From Candidatus Bathyarchaeia archaeon (GTDB taxonomy: Archaea > Thermoproteota > CALKCG01 > B24): DNA of 64,000 nt. A model generated the notes under the pieces. The model did no database searches. It saw only the letters and a list, made by a program, of their open reading frames with translations, and had not been told where the DNA came from. Where the stretch lies: positions 704,001 through 768,000 of the forward strand of contig JAVZJD010000001.1 of NCBI GenBank assembly GCA_038870975.1, in the 5' to 3' direction. The position numbers and the translations under genes are program-made. Shown here one piece after another: positions 51,018-59,633 of this stretch. How positions within the stretch are numbered: position 1 is the stretch's first letter; the number at the start of each line of letters is the position of its first letter.

Positions 51018-51388
51018 AATCTAGCAAGTACTAAAAAAGACGGTGCAATTATACTTTTCGCATATAAAGAACTCGTCTAAAACCATCCACTAGTGTGAGT
51101 TTTGCATACCATATTTTTACGAGTCTAATGAGCCTCCACTTCTTATCTGAAGGTTCATAATTTATTAGCGATTGGTCAATTAACTTATAAACGTGCTCTT
51201 ATAGTTCAACAATTCTTGCCGACTGTTTTTAGAAGCTTTTTAAATGATTCATCACTTTTCAATCCTCTATCTTTATTCAAAAATACAATCCTGTTATTAA
51301 CCGACTAATTCAAAAGATAAGTGAAGATCAAGTTAAGAGATATGCAAATTAAGTGGTATTTATATTGATATCCCAATATTACGTGGGT

Positions 51389-52822
51389 TTAAAATAATGC
51401 TTCCATAATACCCAACGAGCCTCGTTTTTCTTCTTCAGTACTACTTAAAATTTGCGCTAGAAGTCCTTCTCTCTTCATAGTTATTTCTGGTCTCAAATAT
51501 GGTTGACCCCCTCCATAAAGACATCCTCTATTACATATGTAGAGTTCTATCGCTCCTTCTCGTAATCTTCCATCATTTACGCTCATTAATATTCTCTCCA
51601 TCTCTTGAATTCCTACAGCTTTATTTGTTTTAAAGTTTAACTCATTTAATTTAACCTCATCAAATGACTTTTCAGTCAATATACCGAAGTCTAAAGTACT
51701 TAGTAATCTGATAAGTTCTCTCGTAGTAAGAATAAGCCCTCTACTAAGTTTCCTAGCTAAACACGAAGTAATCCATACAACAGAAGAGCTATCGATTTTA
51801 GGAGGCTCAATCATATACTTAGAAAGTTCTGGATGAAATCGCTGTATATAGATTGCTTCAGCCTCACTGCTTGGAATTATCGTTAGATTATCTTGCACTC
51901 TCACTGCAACCTGAGGCCTCCAGAGGATAACTTTTTCAAATCCTAATTTTTTAAGTGCTGCTACTGCGATTCCGCTAATTCGTTTATCAAAATTCAGTTC
52001 TTCACCAAGAGCTGCTAAAACCTCTGGTTCAACATAGGCTGTTAAGCGAGTTCCAGATTTAAGAAGCCTCTGAACCTCACTTACGGAGCTTCTCTCCTTT
52101 AAAGCACCTACCGGGCAGTATAACGTACATTGACCGCAACTTATGCAAGATGACTCATCTAGCTTAACTTTAAATGGTGTGGATACTGTTGTCTCAATGC
52201 TTCTGTTTATATAGTCTATCGCAGAAACAATTTCTTGACATACTTTAACGCATCGGCCACATGTAATACATTTCTCCCCGTCTAATGATAATGCAGTTCC
52301 CTCGATATCCAGTGTTTTCTCACGAATAAATGGAAATCTTCGCTCCTCTTGTTTAAACCACACGTTTTGGAGAATCTTCTCTAAAAGACTTAACAATTCA
52401 TATCTATTCATCGGGCATCCTCTAACGTAATAATCGACATTGACGAATCTGCTAACTGGCATCGCCTCGCTAAAGTATTTATGTTCAGAGTAATCTTCAA
52501 CATACACACTTTTTACTTCATCTTCATTTGTAAATCTTCTTAAGCCTGGCACACCGCCTAAAACTGCACATGATCCCATTGCTATTAATATCTTAGATCT
52601 TCTTCTGATGTCTTTAATCGTCGCAACATCTCCCTCCGAGACTATAGCACCCTCAATTAGAGAAATGTCATAGTTTTCACATTTTTCATCTGCTCCCAAA
52701 AGCGTGGAGAATACAACCTCAACTTCTTTATTGTAGACCATTTTCAGCAAGTCTTCACTTAAATTTAACATCTCAATAGTACAACCCGAACAACTTCCAA
52801 ACTTGTATATGGCGATTTTCAT
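51389..52822 (-). CDS. Chimera: [NiFe] small-subunit N-domain + 2x[4Fe-4S] + degenerate [FeFe]-hydrogenase H-domain
   Basis: GSCSGC, EGAI, GSCAVLGG, GCP; CITCGRCVKVC, CISCGQCTLYCPVGAL; ALGEE, ALKKLGF, TSCLARK, LTTREL, ELYICNRGCLYGGGQP. Confidence 0.85.
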   Translation of the reverse strand: MKIAIYKFGSCSGCTIEMLNLSEDLLKMVYNKEVEVVFSTLLGADEKCENYDISLIEGAIVSEGDVATIKDIRRRSKILIAMGSCAVLGGVPGLRRFTNEDEVKSVYVEDYSEHKYFSEAMPVSRFVNVDYYVRGCPMNRYELLSLLEKILQNVWFKQEERRFPFIREKTLDIEGTALSLDGEKCITCGRCVKVCQEIVSAIDYINRSIETTVSTPFKVKLDESSCISCGQCTLYCPVGALKERSSVSEVQRLLKSGTRLTAYVEPEVLAALGEELNFDKRISGIAVAALKKLGFEKVILWRPQVAVRVQDNLTIIPSSEAEAIYIQRFHPELSKYMIEPPKIDSSSVVWITSCLARKLSRGLILTTRELIRLLSTLDFGILTEKSFDEVKLNELNFKTNKAVGIQEMERILMSVNDGRLREGAIELYICNRGCLYGGGQPYLRPEITMKREGLLAQILSSTEEEKRGSLGIMEALF

Positions 52823-53527
52823 CTACTCATCACCTTCATCAAACCATTCATTTTTATTATTCTTATTGAAGAACTGTGCTATCACTTTAACAACGCTATC
52901 ATAGTATGGACTGCTAGAATAATATCTACCCAGTTTCACAAGGATATTCTCCAGAGTTATTCCATGACTGCTATAGAGCTTCACAGCCTCTTTAATTACA
53001 TCAGTACGCATTATCGGTCCACGGCATCCTTCACAGCTTCTATTACTGTGCATACATATGCCATCACATCCAGCGACTGTTAGAGGTCCAAGGCATACTT
53101 CACCGTTAGCCAATAGACAGTCTTCTTCATGCAAGGGGCACTCTGCGCACACAGGTATACCTTCAACACCATATTCCTTACATAAAACTAGTAATTCACA
53201 TTTACCTCCCTTTCTTGGGCATGATTGACACTTAATCTTATGAATAGCTAAAATAACCTCCAAAGCCAATTTACGGTCGCTTCTAACTCTTTCATTATTT
53301 GTTTCCACGTTTAATCCTTCAGATACGGGGAATGCACATGAAGGAATCATCTTACCAGTTTTCTTATCCTCTACCACACATATTCTACATGTAGCTTCTT
53401 CAAACACATTGGGGAAATAACAAAGGGTAGGTATTTCTATACCGAGTTTTTTCGCAGCCTCAAGTACTGTAGTACCATCTTCAACAGTAGCCTCTTTCCC
53501 ATCTATGATTACCCTTACCATGCTCAT
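52823..53527 (-). CDS. Chimera: NuoG/HydA-type [2Fe-2S] + His-ligated [4Fe-4S] domain + [NiFe] small-subunit C-terminal Fe-S domain
   Basis: IPTLCY..CRICVVE..PSC; HKIKCQSC....CEL; CAECP....CLL..G.VCLGPLT.AGC...C......CEGCRGP. Confidence 0.85.
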   Translation of the reverse strand: MSMVRVIIDGKEATVEDGTTVLEAAKKLGIEIPTLCYFPNVFEEATCRICVVEDKKTGKMIPSCAFPVSEGLNVETNNERVRSDRKLALEVILAIHKIKCQSCPRKGGKCELLVLCKEYGVEGIPVCAECPLHEEDCLLANGEVCLGPLTVAGCDGICMHSNRSCEGCRGPIMRTDVIKEAVKLYSSHGITLENILVKLGRYYSSSPYYDSVVKVIAQFFNKNNKNEWFDEGDE

Positions 53528-53528
53528 A

Positions 53529-55508
53529 TCACCTCTTTACTACGGCCCCTCTTGGGCATACCATGGAGCATTGTCCGCATCTTATGCACCTTTCAGCATC
53601 TATATAGTATTTGCCATCAATATCCTTAAATATTGCTTCAACGGGACAATTCTTCGCACAGAGTCCACATCCTATACAAACATCCTTATCGATTGTATAG
53701 TTTAACAGCTTTTTACATACTTTTGCGGGGCACCTCTTCTCGTTAATATGGGCCTCATATTCCTCCCTAAAGTATTTGAGTGTTGTTAAAACTGGATTTG
53801 GAGCCGTTTGGCCTAACGCACATAAGCTTGCATCTTTCATGAATTTACTTACGTTTTCTAAGACTTCCAAGTCTTCTTCCAAACCACCTCCATCTATTAT
53901 TCTGCTAAGGGTATCATAAAGTATCTTTGACCCTGCTCTACATGGTAGACATTTACCACAGGCCTCAGCCATAGTAAATGTTGTGAAAAACCTCGCTACG
54001 TCTACTATACAGTTGCTATCATCAATAACGACTAATCCACCAGACCCCATTATAGCACCTGCAGAGGTTAAACTTTCATAGTCTATCGGTAAATCAAGTG
54101 CACTTTCAGGTAAGCATCCTCCAGAGGGTCCACCAATCTGAACGGCTTTAAATTTTCTCCCTTCTCTAATGCCTCCTGCTATCTTAAATATGAGTTCTCT
54201 TATTGTTGTTCCTATTGGGACTTCAGCAGCCCCTGTCCTCTTAGCACATCCAGTAATACAGAAGACCTTTGTCCCTTTACTTCTCTCAGTTCCATACCTG
54301 GCAAACTTTTCCCACCCTTCGGCCATTATTGTAGCTACATGAGCTAGCGTTTCAACGTTATTGATGGTCGTCGGTTTACCAAATAAGCCATGTGTAGCTG
54401 GATATGGTGGACGCTGTCTTGGCATAGCTCGCCTCCCCTCTATGGCTGCTAACATCGCTGTTTCCTCTCCACAGACAAATGCTCCTGCGCTCCGTACAAC
54501 TTCTACGTTGAAGTTAAACCCTGAATTGAATATGTTTTTTCCTAAGAAACCGTATCGCCTAGCTTCATCAACTGCCTTTTCCAACCTTTCAGCCATCAGG
54601 GCTTTCTCCGCTCTAACAAAAATATATCCATATGTAGCACCTATGGCGTATGCAGCTATTATTAAGCCTTCTAAAACTCTATGAGGATCTGCTTCAGCAA
54701 GCATCCTATTCATGAAAGCTCCAGGATCTCCTTCATCAGCATTGCATATAACGTATTTAGGTTCCCCCTGAGCCTTTCTACATATATCCCATTTTAACCA
54801 TGTTGGAAAACCAGCTCCTCCTCTTCCTCTTAGACCAGACCTCTTAACTTCTTCTATAACCTCTCCAGGTGATAATTTTAATGTTCTATTGAGGCCAAGG
54901 TAGCCACCGTGAGCAATGTACTCTTCAATTGACTCGGGGTTTATGATGCCACAATTTCTGGTAACCCACTTCACTTGATACTTGTAGAAGTCTATCTCCT
55001 CTAAGAGAGGAACCTTATTTTCACCTCTAGCATTACCCGTTCTACTTCTGAGAGCAAAGGCGTTGCTAACATCACCATTATTTAAATATTCATCTAGAAT
55101 TTTTCCGACATTTTCAGGAGTCACTTTACTATAAATGGCATGAGGTAATCCATCCTTACGTATTTCGACTAAAGGTTCAGCATAACATAAACCCATACAG
55201 CCAACGGGGACGATAGAAACTTCTAATCCTCTTTGCTTAACTTCTTTCTTGATAGCGTGATAAACTTCCCCAGCTCCAACAGCTAAACCGCAGCTTCCCA
55301 TGCCCACAGTTATTTTTACTCCACCCTTACCATTTCTTATCTCTGAAATTCTCCGTAACCTTCTTTCTTTACATTCCACGTCTTTATGGCATAATGGGCC
55401 ATTAACTCTACATGTTATATAGTCCTTGCAGGGTCTCTCAATCTTATGGTTGCATTGACTACAACAGGCATCCATTAAACTCAATCCATTATGGACATCC
55501 AATGGCAT
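53529..55508 (-). CDS. NADH-binding flavoprotein HydB/NuoF type with extra Fe-S domains
   Basis: Thioredoxin-like 2Fe-2S N-domain, GRGGAGFPT, NADEGDPGAFM, CGEET, GGPSGG, CGKCLPCR, C-terminal 2x[4Fe-4S]. Confidence 0.93.
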   Translation of the reverse strand: MPLDVHNGLSLMDACCSQCNHKIERPCKDYITCRVNGPLCHKDVECKERRLRRISEIRNGKGGVKITVGMGSCGLAVGAGEVYHAIKKEVKQRGLEVSIVPVGCMGLCYAEPLVEIRKDGLPHAIYSKVTPENVGKILDEYLNNGDVSNAFALRSRTGNARGENKVPLLEEIDFYKYQVKWVTRNCGIINPESIEEYIAHGGYLGLNRTLKLSPGEVIEEVKRSGLRGRGGAGFPTWLKWDICRKAQGEPKYVICNADEGDPGAFMNRMLAEADPHRVLEGLIIAAYAIGATYGYIFVRAEKALMAERLEKAVDEARRYGFLGKNIFNSGFNFNVEVVRSAGAFVCGEETAMLAAIEGRRAMPRQRPPYPATHGLFGKPTTINNVETLAHVATIMAEGWEKFARYGTERSKGTKVFCITGCAKRTGAAEVPIGTTIRELIFKIAGGIREGRKFKAVQIGGPSGGCLPESALDLPIDYESLTSAGAIMGSGGLVVIDDSNCIVDVARFFTTFTMAEACGKCLPCRAGSKILYDTLSRIIDGGGLEEDLEVLENVSKFMKDASLCALGQTAPNPVLTTLKYFREEYEAHINEKRCPAKVCKKLLNYTIDKDVCIGCGLCAKNCPVEAIFKDIDGKYYIDAERCIRCGQCSMVCPRGAVVKR

Positions 55509-55626
55509 TCACCTCTATGGGAAGTTGAAGGAATTATAAGAGTACTTTAATTAAAACATAAGTATACTACCTATATATGGGAATAATTCCTTTCGCCGTA
55601 GATTTATAATTCAAAAATGTTCACCT

Positions 55627-56190
55627 CTATATTTCGCCATATGATTCTCCTTTAGTTTTAGTTCGATACTTGGAAATTATCCTACGGAGCTTCTTAAAAT
55701 CAACTTCACCATATATTTCATCATTCACTTTGATAACTGGGGCTAGACTGCAGCATCCTAGGCATCTAACTTTAAATACAGTGAAGAGCCTATCCTTAGA
55801 AGTATTTTCGCCAGGATTAATATTAAGTAAATTCAGTAGGAAGTTGTAGTTTTCAGAGTTGCCTTTAATATGGCACGCTGTGCCCATACATATTTGTATT
55901 ATATTCTCACCGGGCGGCTCCATATTGAATTGATGGTAAAACGTGGCGACTCCATAGATGCTACTTAGTGGTACTTTTAAATTGTTTGAAACAAGTTCTA
56001 AGCTCCACTTTGGAAGATAACCTAATCTATTCTGAATTTTCTGGAGGATCAGAATGAGGGTTTTTCTAGATCTACCATTACTTTCAATAACATTGTTTAT
56101 AACTTCCTCAATAAATGCTACATCAACATCTCTAGATACTTGCTGTTGCAAATCCTCGCCTCCATTGCTCTGTTGTTCTCTGGGGCTCAC
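55627..56190 (-). CDS. HydC/NuoE-type [2Fe-2S] subunit
   Basis: GVATFY, CMGTACH, CLGCCSLAP. Confidence 0.93.
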   Translation of the reverse strand: MSPREQQSNGGEDLQQQVSRDVDVAFIEEVINNVIESNGRSRKTLILILQKIQNRLGYLPKWSLELVSNNLKVPLSSIYGVATFYHQFNMEPPGENIIQICMGTACHIKGNSENYNFLLNLLNINPGENTSKDRLFTVFKVRCLGCCSLAPVIKVNDEIYGEVDFKKLRRIISKYRTKTKGESYGEI

Positions 56191-56199
56191 CTACTACGC

Positions 56200-56640
56200 T
56201 TATAGTTGCGCTCTTAAGAAGTACCATAGATGCTTGCAGAACTCTTCATACTGTTGTGGAGTAAATAGATATTGGATGTCTTCTTCAAGATTTGTTGGCT
56301 CAACTTCAGCAACCCACTCTTTTTCTGGGTCGTTATTTAAAGCTGATATGTTGTTTAAAGCTTCATCATTAATCTTTTTAATTCTGCCAGAAACTGGTGA
56401 AGTTAATTCAAAAGTGACCCCCTTCATTTTCACTGCCCCTAAGGGCTCCATCCGTTTAACCTCAGCTCCAATCGGCTTCAGCTCACAACAAACATCATAT
56501 GCTCCATTTTTGCTCAATTCTTTAAAACAATCACATATTTGTTGAGTTAATCCAATTCTAACAGTTTGTTCATCAGTAATCGTTACCCACATGAGGGAGG
56601 ATGTGTAGAGGAAACCTGAAGGGTAAATTTTCTTACTCAT
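56200..56640 (-). CDS. Glycine cleavage H-like protein lacking the canonical lipoyl Lys
   Basis: Y....MWV, RIGLT, SPVSG.I..IN, N.DP...W, Y fold signature. Confidence 0.82.
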   Translation of the reverse strand: MSKKIYPSGFLYTSSLMWVTITDEQTVRIGLTQQICDCFKELSKNGAYDVCCELKPIGAEVKRMEPLGAVKMKGVTFELTSPVSGRIKKINDEALNNISALNNDPEKEWVAEVEPTNLEEDIQYLFTPQQYEEFCKHLWYFLRAQL

Positions 56641-56675
56641 GAGTCATCACCCACTTGTGGTGTTCCATACCTATT

Positions 56676-56719
56676 TTTTAAACTTTTAGACAAATTTTCT
56701 TGTCTAAATTTTAGATAAG
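56676..56719 (-). promoter_or_regulatory. Palindromic operator abutting TATA box of the gcvH-like/hydCB operon
   Basis: Minus strand reads cttatctaaaatttagacaagaaaatttgtctaaaagtttaaaaa; same layout as 45918-45960. Confidence 0.7.
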
Positions 56720-57178
56720 AAAATTTTTATAATCATATCAACTACTAAGAACCTATTTGAGAACCTTGAATTTTAGACTTCCAACTCTACACTTCTTCTG
56801 AGTATTTATCTAAAAATGTTTTCCAGTCTTTACTACATCGTTTTCTATCTTATTTCTGGCAGAATATAGGATACTTATTGACAAAGAAAATTGCTATTTG
56901 TCTCTTTTGAGCATTAGCTTAAGTAATACAGTATAATCTTTAACCAAAAACATAATTCAGTTTTCCCCTCCATGTCCATCTTTACTCATCGTAAGAGCGA
57001 TAAACAATATCAATACAGAATTTATTAGCAGAAGAGTGCTCCGAGCGGGCACTGTCACTTCGGGTCCAAATCTCTTCTCCCCGCCTAACCCCTCAATGGT
57101 CGTTCTCACTGATAGTTGTACTTGAAGATGCCGGAAACAGTCTGAAGATATGGGTTAGAAAGTCCATTAGAAATTTGA

Positions 57179-57478
57179 TTGTTACTGTGGCCGATGATAA
57201 ACCTTATATTTGCAGTGGCAATAAGCCTTACATTAATTGGCATTGAAAAGTTCTATCAACATGCTGGACTCGGTGCAAGAATTATAGTGCTAAGTCTTAT
57301 CTGTACTCTTCTAGATGTGCCATTAGTTTATGTTGTGGTCGTCATAGTACTAGGCTTATCCATCATAGCATACTTAGTATCCTTGCCAATCTACGCCACA
57401 TTACAACTCATTCCAATAACACTCCTCTCGTATGAAATCACTAGAAGGCTCATACGATTAAGAATCTTTCAATTCTAG
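57179..57478 (+). CDS. Small membrane protein, possibly 5'-truncated
   Basis: Three hydrophobic segments and a basic C-terminus; TTG start immediately after an in-frame TGA. Confidence 0.45.
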   Translation: MLLWPMINLIFAVAISLTLIGIEKFYQHAGLGARIIVLSLICTLLDVPLVYVVVVIVLGLSIIAYLVSLPIYATLQLIPITLLSYEITRRLIRLRIFQF

Positions 57479-57591
57479 TCGTCAAGGTAGCGGGTCATAC
57501 GCTAAACGATTAGGGAGCGTGGTTACAGCGCGCTTAATGGGAGATCAGTGAAGCGAAGCTTTTTATTGCTAGCAACTCAGCCCTAGCAATA

Positions 57592-58863
57592 CTATTCAGG
57601 ACTGTATGCCGACAAATCCAAGAGGCCGTGTCCACTGAAACAGAAGACGATTGTTTTTTGTTGGTTTCTCCGTTTACATTTTAATGCCTCAACCATTACT
57701 TGTTTGATTGCGTGCGCTGTCTCGGGAGCTGGAACTATCCCCTCTGTTTTTGCGAAAATTTTTGCACTCTCTAAAACTTCTTCTTGAGTGTATGCTGCCT
57801 TCTCTACAATGCCCTCCTTGATGAGGATAGATAGGGTTGGTGCGGCGGCATGATATCTCAATCCGGCTGCGTGTATTGGCGACGGGATGTAATTTCTTCC
57901 AACAGTGAACATTTTAAGCATTGGGAGATACCCAGCCGTATCCGCATGTTCGTAAACATAGTTTCCCTCTGTGATTTTTGGCGAGGCTTTAGACTCCACC
58001 GCGATAAATCTTGTGTTTTTCAGTTCCCCCTTTGTTAGCTTGTCTCCTATGAAGGGGAAGCTTAAACCTGCAAAGTTGCTGCCCCCACCAACACATCCTA
58101 TAATAACGTCTGGAGTTTCTTGCAGTTCCTCAAGCTGCTCTTTCGTCTCTAAGCCTATGACTGTTTGGTGTAGAAGCACAAAATTCATTACGCTGCCGAC
58201 CGAGTACTTGACGTTCTCATTTTTTATTGCTGTTTCTACGGCTTCAGATATGGCTATACCAAGCGATCCTGGATGTTCGGGATTTTCTCTTAAAAGTTTC
58301 CGCCCAACCTCTGTACGATTGCTCGGGCTTGGAACAACCTCTGCGCCGTAGAGGTTCATTAACGTCTTTCTGTAGGGTTTTTGAAGGTAGCTGCTTCTAG
58401 TCATGAAAACTAAACATTTAATGTTGAACATTGCGCATGCAAACGCTAAAGCTGAACCCCATTGTCCGGCGCTAGTTTCGGTGACAAGTGTGTCAACGTT
58501 CTCCATTTTAGAATAGTAGGCTTGAGCTAGAGCAGTGTTAACCTTGTGGCTTCCCGTGGGACTCAAGTCTTCACGCTTAAAATAGATTTTCGCGGGCGTG
58601 TCCAAAACCTTTTCGAGGTTTCTGGCTCTAACTATGGGGGTTGGCCGACCAACTTTCCTGTAAGCCTCTAAAACCTCGGAAGGTATTGGAATACTATTTT
58701 CAGCGGAAAACTCTTGATCCAGCAGAGCTGATGGGAAAAGTTTCGGAAGTAGCTCAATTCTAGAAAAACGGTCATCATCCTCTGGGTCTCTTGGAGGAGG
58801 TAACGGTCGAGGCAGATCCGGAACAATGTTATACCAGAAGTTCGGAACGCTACCTAAACTCAT
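57592..58863 (-). CDS. trpB2: TrpB2-type tryptophan synthase beta (operon copy)
   Basis: WYNIVPDLP, GSHKVNTA, TETSAGQWG, HAAGLRYH; overlaps trpA. Confidence 0.93.
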   Translation of the reverse strand: MSLGSVPNFWYNIVPDLPRPLPPPRDPEDDDRFSRIELLPKLFPSALLDQEFSAENSIPIPSEVLEAYRKVGRPTPIVRARNLEKVLDTPAKIYFKREDLSPTGSHKVNTALAQAYYSKMENVDTLVTETSAGQWGSALAFACAMFNIKCLVFMTRSSYLQKPYRKTLMNLYGAEVVPSPSNRTEVGRKLLRENPEHPGSLGIAISEAVETAIKNENVKYSVGSVMNFVLLHQTVIGLETKEQLEELQETPDVIIGCVGGGSNFAGLSFPFIGDKLTKGELKNTRFIAVESKASPKITEGNYVYEHADTAGYLPMLKMFTVGRNYIPSPIHAAGLRYHAAAPTLSILIKEGIVEKAAYTQEEVLESAKIFAKTEGIVPAPETAHAIKQVMVEALKCKRRNQQKTIVFCFSGHGLLDLSAYSPE

Positions 58864-59633
58864 GCTTCTAACGCCTCCTTCAAACTTCGAACAAATTTTG
58901 CCAGTTTCTCCTTTTTCAGTCGCATATTCTGCCCGTTATTTATTAACTTAAGTATCGCGCTTCCTACGACGACACCGTCGGCTCCAGCTTTTACGTAATC
59001 TGAAACTTGAGACGGTTCATTAATGGCGAAACCCACAAGCAAAGGTGTATCGCCGGCAAGTCCCTTCATTATCTTGATGGCTTTAGTCACAGTGATCGGC
59101 AAGAAAGTTCCTGTGGACGCCATCAACCCCAAATAGATGAAGGCGGGGTTTAGTTGAGCTAGTTTTGAAACCATCTTGTGTGGGAAAGTGCTGGTGATAA
59201 AAAACATAGGGTCAAAATCATGTTTCATGCAAAGCCTGAGATACGTCTCTAACTCCTCCATGTACTCTATTAATAAGTCTGGAAAGAGTATGCCTTCAGC
59301 GCCAGCGTTCGAAACATACTCCATAAAATTTTCCAAGCCCACGGCTTTTGCGAGTTCAAAATATGTAAAGACGACTTTATGCACCAGTTGGAAATTTTTT
59401 ATTAGTGAGAAGCTTTTCTCAACCGTTGCTCCATTCCTTAAGGCTCTTTTATAACTCGCTCTTATGGTTAGGCCATCATATTTCGGCTTAACAGTTGGGA
59501 TGCCAAACTCGAAAATGTCGACTCCGCATTCGGATAGAACATCCACAATTTCACTGTTTACGTAGGGGTCTCCAGCCGTTAAATAGGCTACAAGCACTTT
59601 ACTTTTTAGCGCTTCTCTGAGGTTGCCCTGCAT
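58860..59633 (-). CDS. trpA: Tryptophan synthase alpha
   Basis: YLTAGDP, EFGIP....YDG.TI, VGFAI, ADGVVVGSA. Confidence 0.93.
   Translation of the reverse strand: MQGNLREALKSKVLVAYLTAGDPYVNSEIVDVLSECGVDIFEFGIPTVKPKYDGLTIRASYKRALRNGATVEKSFSLIKNFQLVHKVVFTYFELAKAVGLENFMEYVSNAGAEGILFPDLLIEYMEELETYLRLCMKHDFDPMFFITSTFPHKMVSKLAQLNPAFIYLGLMASTGTFLPITVTKAIKIMKGLAGDTPLLVGFAINEPSQVSDYVKAGADGVVVGSAILKLINNGQNMRLKKEKLAKFVRSLKEALEA

Noticed and set aside
57565-57590. Hairpin attgctag/ctagcaat after the trpB2 stop as a terminator
   Set aside because: Short and AT-rich; archaeal termination relies mainly on U-tracts, so support is insufficient
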